NCBI GenBank assembly: GCA_947626435.1 | Contig: CANQSB010000007.1 | Coordinates: 14,243-78,242 of the forward strand | DNA: 64,000 nucleotides | Direction: 5' to 3' | From: an uncultured Lachnospiraceae bacterium | GTDB taxonomy: Bacteria > Bacillota > Clostridia > Lachnospirales > Lachnospiraceae | In this document: piece after piece, positions 58,125 to 64,000 of the stretch | Layout: the number at the start of each line of letters is the position of its first letter | Position numbering within the stretch: position 1 is the stretch's first letter | Notes under the pieces: generated by a model | The model's input: only the letters and a program-made list of their open reading frames with translations | Told to the model about the DNA's origin: nothing | Databases searched by the model: none | Position numbers and translations under genes: made by a program

Positions 58125-58290
58125 GCCCGAGCAGGAACATACATCCCATTCAGACCCGCTTGCGCTTACGGAAAGCGTAGCGGACACTAAGCTCAATGGC
58201 GCTGTAAAAGGAGCTGCGCTTTTACAGCTTATTTCGCTAAGTGCCGACGCATTCCAACGGTCTTCATGGGATGTATGCTCCTGCTCGGGC
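58125..58290. ncRNA. Rod-like structured RNA candidate with 6S-like architecture
   Basis: Closing helix 58125-58156 / 58259-58290 (about 29 bp with one mismatch and a 2x2 loop). Asymmetric central bubble. Inner helix 58181-58192 / 58236-58246. Terminal perfect 10-bp hairpin 58201-58228. The minus-strand version turns the A/C mismatch into G-U and the 2x2 loop into tandem G-A. Confidence 0.35.
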
Positions 58291-58372
58291 TACTTTATTG
58301 GCTGTGTACTGTTTGCCACAGCGCGCAAGAAGGACAGGCTTGAAACACTTTTTACAACATGAAATAGTATAT

Positions 58373-59239
58373 TTATTCCTGCTTTATAATGTCTATAATC
58401 CTATCTTTCAGAATGATGCTGTTCCCCCATGTGTACACAAGCTTCATAATTAATACGGCCATTCCAAGATATATTGCCATCTGCCATGCCGGAAACTGTT
58501 TAAAAAACTCCACCCATGTGACACGAAAACTCCACAGGCACACTGCAATCAATATAAATAAGATTGGCATCGCATAAAGAAACGGTCTTATGGAAAATAT
58601 GATGCTTTCATTCCGTAAAACTTTTCGCACCCTTCTTCATCCATTCCTACAGAATGCAGCATTGCAAGCGCTATTGTAACCCATGAGTAAGAAACATCTA
58701 CCTTCATTTCAAAAAGCTGATCCATAAGTCCGGCATATTTATTCAATAGGAAAGAAGCAAATCCCACTCCAAGAAAATCAGCCAATACAATAGGCAGAAG
58801 AGGTGCATAACTTCTTCCGAATTTTTCCGGTCCAAATTGCCGGTCGGCTCGTCCGCCTTTCTGCCGTCCATTGATATCGGCAGCAGAATATTTTTTCCAT
58901 GTTCAGGAAAGGAATAAGGTTATAAAACTGGTAGATAATCCCTATTTTCTGCCTTCTCAGTTTTGCTTTCTGCTTTTCATCCATTGCGGTAAGTTCTTCC
59001 CCATCAATCCAAATCTGCCCACAGGTGGGTTCATCCACACTGCCAAGCATGTGCAGGAATGTTGATTTCCCTGATCCGGATGCTCCTGTGATCACATCAA
59101 AGTCACCCTTTTCAACCGAGAAATTTTCTATATCAAGCGCCTCTACCATTGTATGTTCACTTTTATAGCTCTTTCGCAAATTATTAACCCTTAATATCTC
59201 CATATCTACCCTTTCCAAATTATGCCCTCCCCATAGCAA
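58373..59239 (-). pseudogene. Decayed ABC transporter locus (ATPase with frameshifts and an internal deletion, plus membrane-protein fragments)
   Basis: An intact Walker A region (GASGSGKST ... IIYQFYNLIPFLN) is followed by a frame change. A second frame reads NILLPISMDGRK-ADEPTGNLDRKNSEEVM, so the Q-loop-to-signature segment is missing. Downstream ORFs are fragmentary and overlap. Confidence 0.55.
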
Positions 59240-59246
59240 TGCCGAT

Positions 59247-59666
59247 TTACCGCATCCGTTTTTTCTGCTTCATCCAAACAGAAAAATATTCGATACCAAG
59301 ATCCATTCCGCAAATAACGGCAAATCCTTTGATAATGGTATAAATGTCCACTTTTTCCCTTGATATCTCAATAATAAAACATATAACTGCTAAAGAAAAG
59401 TAAATTGCCGCTCTTAGCAAACTCCCCTTTAAAGGTATTTTTCCTATTTTTTGGAGTATGGGAATGTCCAGCAGGAATTTGAAAATCAGCCAAATATAAA
59501 TTCCATAAAGCATAAATGTCACTCTGTTGCTCCATGGAAATGCTGCTTCGGGATGATTAACTGCATAGCCGATAAAGCAAATTGCAATAATCAGTAAAGA
59601 TACGCCAATAATCAAAGTTGTTTTTCTATTCACGGTATCCCTCCTAAACTCCGATTGAACTTTCAT
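59247..59666 (-). CDS. Hypothetical 4-TM membrane protein
   Basis: 139 aa with four hydrophobic segments. Confidence 0.55.
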   Translation of the reverse strand: MKVQSEFRRDTVNRKTTLIIGVSLLIIAICFIGYAVNHPEAAFPWSNRVTFMLYGIYIWLIFKFLLDIPILQKIGKIPLKGSLLRAAIYFSLAVICFIIEISREKVDIYTIIKGFAVICGMDLGIEYFSVWMKQKKRMR

Positions 59667-59724
59667 ATTTCTCTATCGCTTTAGTTACCAACTTAAATGC
59701 CTGTTTTGTTTACTTGTTACCAAT

Positions 59725-60378
59725 TTATCTTGCCAGTTCCCGAACGACCTCATTATATCTTGTTGTCTTATGGTCTATATCTTCCTGCGTTACTCCATAA
59801 TAGCGCCAAAGAGCTTTTTCCCACTTTTTGAATTTCTTCATTTTCTTTTTCGAGCCGCCGGCGGACATTCCGATATACGACGAATGCCTGCTCTCCAAAC
59901 TCACCCGCACTGTCAGGTCATCTTCTTCCCTTTCTAAAATACAAAGGTCAATGTCAAACACTTCTTTAGGAACCTTTTCCGCCTTCTGCCTCCTGAGTTC
60001 CATCGCTTCCTGAAATTTTTGGAATCCTTCCGCATCCTGACTTTCCAGTTGAGGATATTTTGCATATTCGCCCAATAGTTCCGGCGCATATTGCATGATA
60101 TAGGACGCTCTCATTTCCCTGTATTCTTCCTGATACGCTTCTGTCGCTTGATCCAGTTCTTTGCAGCCTATAATATCTTTAAGATACTCTGCCACTTCCT
60201 CCATGCTGTGCCCGTCTGCCCTGATATGCCGCTCTATCCTTTTCTTTTTCCTGTCATAGATATACTTTTGCCATTTCTGTTTGAAGTTTCTTTTACTAAC
60301 ATGCTCTTTCCCCGCTAACAAAACGGAAGTCGGACCATCAGCATGACCAATGATCGTGATATTTTCTGCTTTCTTCAT
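59725..60378 (-). CDS. Hypothetical protein (217 aa), charged/helical
   Basis: The ATG at 60378 follows GGAGAG. I recognise no motifs. Confidence 0.55.
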   Translation of the reverse strand: MKKAENITIIGHADGPTSVLLAGKEHVSKRNFKQKWQKYIYDRKKKRIERHIRADGHSMEEVAEYLKDIIGCKELDQATEAYQEEYREMRASYIMQYAPELLGEYAKYPQLESQDAEGFQKFQEAMELRRQKAEKVPKEVFDIDLCILEREEDDLTVRVSLESRHSSYIGMSAGGSKKKMKKFKKWEKALWRYYGVTQEDIDHKTTRYNEVVRELAR

Positions 60379-60466
60379 AAATCTCTCCGATCCCAAAATT
60401 TAATTTCAATCTTTGCAAACATCAATCCATGCGGTGAATCCGGAATATTTTTGCTCATTAAGAATA

Positions 60467-60871
60467 CTAATATTTTTTATCTCGAAAAAATGTAATATAT
60501 AAATGAAGTAATTTTATGGATATATTGTATCCATTTGAATATTTTTCCGGTTCGTTAAGGAAACAATTTAGTTGGTCTTCGCTTATTCCCAAATATTTTG
60601 CAACAGCAATTCTTGATACCTCTAAATAATCACATAACACGGAAACAATATCATATAAATAAGACTTGTTTTCAGTATTACAACAATACAACTGAGTTAA
60701 AAACCAGAGAACCGCATTAAGTGCATGGATGTCATTTTGACTTAACTTCTCCCTGTTATAACAACGATTAATTACATCAATAGAGGTATTTGTTACCTTA
60801 CTCAAACATTCCAAAGAAAAGCCCTCAGATAAAAATTGTTCTAGTAAAGACCATATGTCTCTGACCTGCAT
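60467..60871 (-). CDS. Putative HTH-containing protein (134 aa)
   Basis: Two HTH-like segments (FSLECLSKVTNTSIDVINR; VSRIAVAKYLGISEDQLNCFL). Confidence 0.45.
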   Translation of the reverse strand: MQVRDIWSLLEQFLSEGFSLECLSKVTNTSIDVINRCYNREKLSQNDIHALNAVLWFLTQLYCCNTENKSYLYDIVSVLCDYLEVSRIAVAKYLGISEDQLNCFLNEPEKYSNGYNISIKLLHLYITFFRDKKY

Positions 60872-61049
60872 TAACTATCAACCTTTCCTTTCTGCAAATC
60901 TCGATTTGCCGTTCTTCTATCCTTTTATCGACATATCCTGTCGGATAATAGCCTGATGATATTCCATTGATACCCATTTTTCAATCCTCCATTATTTTGC
61001 AACCCTTCTGTCAGCCAAAGACAAGCTGCTCTTTCAACTTTGAAAAAGA

Positions 61050-61550
61050 TTATAACTTTTCCAGCTTTTCCAGAAATGTAGCATAAAACTCCCTTTCTTT
61101 CATACACGCCTGCTGAACCTCTATGCTTTTGGGAATATATACTATCGGATGCTCCAAATTATACAGTGCTTGCTTCGTCGCCTGAATTGCGGATTCTGTC
61201 GTATTACCCAAAATGTCCAAACTGTCCGCATCTCCCTCTCCCCGAAGCTGTTTGTTAAGCCTTTGCACCATCATTTGTGATATGTGGCTCAACATTCCGT
61301 TCGCCTTTATGCCCAAACCATTTGCATTTACTTCCTTCGCCGCTTCCATCCATGCGTCTTTTACATTCTGCGAAGCATTCGGAGCAATCATATCGAATGC
61401 TTTTTCATCAAAATCTGCTTCCGGCATATACCGATTCACATTTTTGCTTTCTTGGACAGCCTGTTCAGGATTAAATTGAGGAACATTATCCTGCTTATGC
61501 CTAATATCATATGGCACATTACTCATAGAATATTCAGAGCTAATCTGCAT
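61050..61550 (-). CDS. Hypothetical protein (166 aa)
   Basis: ORF with RBS AAAGGAGG; no recognised motifs. Confidence 0.55.
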   Translation of the reverse strand: MQISSEYSMSNVPYDIRHKQDNVPQFNPEQAVQESKNVNRYMPEADFDEKAFDMIAPNASQNVKDAWMEAAKEVNANGLGIKANGMLSHISQMMVQRLNKQLRGEGDADSLDILGNTTESAIQATKQALYNLEHPIVYIPKSIEVQQACMKEREFYATFLEKLEKL

Positions 61551-61597
61551 AGCGCAACGCCTCCTTTTGCTCTCTTATAAAGTCCAAGCCTTTCTCG

Positions 61598-61660
61598 TCA
61601 CCGCTCTAAGCAATCCCAGAACTGCTTATATTTTGCATAGCCTGGTAAATTACTCATCAT
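61598..61660 (-). CDS. Candidate 20-aa peptide MMSNLPGYAKYKQFWDCLER
   Basis: GGAGGA lies 6 nt upstream. The start region is conserved with the second copy at 63835-63891. Confidence 0.3.
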   Translation of the reverse strand: MMSNLPGYAKYKQFWDCLER

Positions 61661-61991
61661 ACATATTCCTCCTGCTTTTTTTATCTATTCAATTTATCGT
61701 CTATTCTTCCAAAAAACTATACCCCCTTGCACCGGATCCCATTTTTGGCACCAAATGACTATATTACAACATGATTACCACCTAAAACTCCCTGCCGCCA
61801 CAAATAAGCACCATATCAACCATCCTTTTGGTGGCTGTTTGTGTCAAAATTTAATTTACATTTTCTCGCGACTGTGCTATGCTCTTGTAAGAAAAGGTGA
61901 TTGGAATTTAGTAAAGCGCTTGGTCTTTCCAGGTCTGGTATATCTGAAACGGAAAGCGAATGCCATATTTTTATTTAGAAAGGATGATAAT

Positions 61992-62180
61992 ATGTCAAAA
62001 CAGCAGAAACTTGAGTATATGATTTCCAATATTCCCGATAATAAACTGGATATTGTCCTTGCGTTCGTGGAATTTATCCTTAATCAAGAAACGGAAATCA
62101 ATAACTCTTTATTGAGCGAGCCAAGTCTTGCAAAGGACTGGTTAAGCGAGGAGGAAAACGCTGCATGGGAAAATTTATAA
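61992..62180 (+). CDS. Putative antitoxin (MazE/DUF2281-like, 62 aa)
   Basis: Small acidic protein that overlaps the toxin start by 16 nt. Confidence 0.6.
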   Translation: MSKQQKLEYMISNIPDNKLDIVLAFVEFILNQETEINNSLLSEPSLAKDWLSEEENAAWENL

Positions 62181-62494
62181 AAGGTGATGTGGTTGTACTC
62201 CCGTTTCCGTTTACTGATTTAAGTTTTGCAAAAAAACGCCCCGCACTTATTATCGCCGATTTAAAGGGCGATGATTATATCATGCTTCAGATTACTTCAA
62301 AAAATGTTAGGGACGCTTATTCCATCTCCCTGCTGAATTCGGATTTTTTATCAGGGAGTCTTAATCAAAACAGCAATATCCGCCCAAACAAAATTTTTAC
62401 TTTGGACGAAAAACTTGTGCTTTATAAGATTGGACATATAAGCACTGAAAAATTTGCGGAATGTGTAAGCCAAATACATTCTATCATTAAATAA
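62165..62494 (+). CDS. mazF: PemK/MazF-family toxin
   Basis: GDVVVLPFPFTDLSFAKKRPALII N-terminal signature; 109 aa. Confidence 0.85.
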   Translation: MGKFIKGDVVVLPFPFTDLSFAKKRPALIIADLKGDDYIMLQITSKNVRDAYSISLLNSDFLSGSLNQNSNIRPNKIFTLDEKLVLYKIGHISTEKFAECVSQIHSIIK

Positions 62495-62628
62495 GGGGTT
62501 GCATCACTTGGGGCAGCGACCAAAGCAGGGCGACGAAGTAAAATACCATTCAGCACAAACCGTGTGTTCAAAGCTCACTTTGAAAAATCCAGGCGAATAT
62601 TTGTACTCACGCTGCTTGTTCCGGCATT

Positions 62629-63828
62629 TCACAAGGTTATATATTTTTCGCTGTTTAGAAAATTTCTGAGTTCCATGTTATCCAATGAAAACCATATATC
62701 CTGATGTTTATCCAAAAGACCTCCGCCCACATAATCAATCTCAAGAAACATATCCGCAATATTATCCCAGCCCCTGAATGAAAGCCTGCTTACCATTTCC
62801 CTGATCCAGTCTTTCATCTGCTGTTTATGGCTGTCCGGCACGCTCTCCGCATTATCAATCGCACTGTCCACAATATCGCAGACATTCTGCCCATCCTCCG
62901 TATAATAGCTTCCGTCCCTTTCTTCCAATTCATTCAGTTTCAGCCCGGTAAAGTCATAAACCTGTTGATACGCCTGATATTTCAAAGTCCCATCCTCTGT
63001 GATCCGGCTGCTGTTCGCTCCATCCTGCGTTGCACAATTTTTAATGTGACGATACAGATTTTTCCCGTTCTCCCCGACATTTAAAGCCGCTTCCATCCTC
63101 TGTTTTTTATCACCGTCAACACCCTCAACGGATATGTAATAGGAATACGGATCAACGGAAAACATGCATTGACTGTCCCCGTCCCACTCAATATTGCTGT
63201 CTTTTAAAATATTTCCAATCTGAGCGTTTACCATTTGTCTGTTAAAAACCGTTCTGGCTGCATCAACTGCTCCGCCGTTCACTTCAATCCCCCTGAAAAG
63301 GGAGTCTTTATACTTTACGCCTTTTATGGAACCGGTGTTTAACATCTGTTTTTCATAATTAAACGCAATCTGCCGTTCTTCGTCTGTCAGATCGCCCGCA
63401 TACCATGAACAGGTTTTATCAAAATATTTCTGTTCAATATAGCTGTCCGGATCAGCGTGTGATTTCGCTATATCCGCAAGTTTTGCATATTTTTCCGTAA
63501 GCGCCGCCTTAAAAGCGTGGTAATTGTCCTGATACACATCTGCATTGTTGGCTTTGATCTCACTGCCTGCACTTTCAATCGCACTCTGATTTGCCTGTTT
63601 TGCTTTCTCTATGTATGACTGCAAATCGATGGACTTGTCAACGCTTCGGTTCTTTGAAGTTCCCTGCGCCCTGCTTGCCGCAAGCATATTTTTCGCAGCG
63701 CTGCTGATTTCGAGGACATCCCGGCACCCCGTTGTACAGGGTTTTGTCTGAATACTCTTTTTTACAGTTCTTTTCCTAAGCAGCAAATCAATGAGGGAAA
63801 TGTCATTGATCTGATTTAATTTGAACAT
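62629..63828 (-). CDS. Hypothetical protein (399 aa)
   Basis: Long ORF with no signal peptide or TM segment. Not recognised with confidence. Confidence 0.6.
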   Translation of the reverse strand: MFKLNQINDISLIDLLLRKRTVKKSIQTKPCTTGCRDVLEISSAAKNMLAASRAQGTSKNRSVDKSIDLQSYIEKAKQANQSAIESAGSEIKANNADVYQDNYHAFKAALTEKYAKLADIAKSHADPDSYIEQKYFDKTCSWYAGDLTDEERQIAFNYEKQMLNTGSIKGVKYKDSLFRGIEVNGGAVDAARTVFNRQMVNAQIGNILKDSNIEWDGDSQCMFSVDPYSYYISVEGVDGDKKQRMEAALNVGENGKNLYRHIKNCATQDGANSSRITEDGTLKYQAYQQVYDFTGLKLNELEERDGSYYTEDGQNVCDIVDSAIDNAESVPDSHKQQMKDWIREMVSRLSFRGWDNIADMFLEIDYVGGGLLDKHQDIWFSLDNMELRNFLNSEKYITL

Positions 63829-63834
63829 AATAAT

Positions 63835-63891
63835 TCACCTTCTATCATATGGCTGCATACCATACCGTCCAATGCCTAAATTACTTATCAT
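63835..63891 (-). CDS. Candidate 18-aa peptide MISNLGIGRYGMQPYDRR
   Basis: GGAGGA lies 6 nt upstream. Its stop is 6 nt before the 399-aa ORF. Paralogous to 61598-61660. Confidence 0.3.
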   Translation of the reverse strand: MISNLGIGRYGMQPYDRR

Positions 63892-63924
63892 ACTTGTTCC
63901 TCCTGCTTCTTTATCTATCCAACT

Positions 63925-64000
63925 TTATCGTCCGCCAAGCAAAGAAGCGCTGTCTGCCATCGTTTCTGTCAGAACATTTGCTTCATAGGCATTCGACGCT
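63925..64000 (-). CDS. 3' end of an unidentified gene (continues beyond the window)
   Basis: Open frame reading ...ASNAYEANVLTETMADSASLLGGR, with its stop at 63925-63927. Confidence 0.3.
   Translation of the reverse strand, partial: ASNAYEANVLTETMADSASLLGGR

Noticed and set aside
58241-58453. 70-aa ORF in the prs-downstream region
   Set aside because: It has a GTG start, no RBS and an implausible composition. It overlaps the 3' arm of the long helix, so the region is better explained as structured RNA or DNA.

Overview
The window is a chromosomal segment of a low-to-medium-GC Firmicute, most likely a spore-forming member of Clostridia with Lachnospiraceae-like gene content and order (spoIVA, spoIIM-like, a Spo0A-type domain). 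Most genes are on the minus strand and are conserved housekeeping genes: rny-recX-recA, pgsA-rimO-rpoZ-remA-yicC, rqcH, glgA, pnp-rpsO, nrdDG, rnhA, cdd, spoIVA, gpsA-plsY-der and prs, plus two tRNAs. Several accessory patches interrupt this backbone. (1) About 12 kb lies between recA and pgsA. It carries a LysR regulator, two PLP C-S lyases, a NifD/K-like pair with no NifH, azlCD, tcdA, a duplicated consensus promoter and an intact IS1634-like element with a 5-bp target duplication and two passenger ORFs. (2) A GC-rich sortase B plus LRR surface-protein cassette is bracketed by perfect 38-bp direct repeats. Its near-consensus promoter has a G10 tract as spacer, which makes it a phase-variation candidate. 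(3) A Spo0A DNA-binding-domain protein has no receiver domain. (4) Two copies of a palindromic MITE-like element with a compensatory stem substitution flank nrdD-rnhA. (5) A MoxR-VWA pair is followed by a small Zn-ribbon-like ORF. (6) A 166-nt rod-like structured RNA candidate with 6S-like architecture sits after prs. (7) The terminal about 6 kb is an accessory block: decayed ABC transporter genes, uncharacterised proteins, a MazEF-like toxin-antitoxin pair, and a duplicated junction encoding paralogous 18-20 aa peptides. No CRISPR array or rRNA was seen. My best candidates for undescribed biology are the orphan nitrogenase-like pair in a sulfur-amino-acid context, the poly-G promoter on the sortase/LRR cassette, the receiver-less Spo0A paralogue, the 6S-like RNA and the micropeptide-led block. 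All functional calls rest on reading motifs in the supplied translations; no database search was run.
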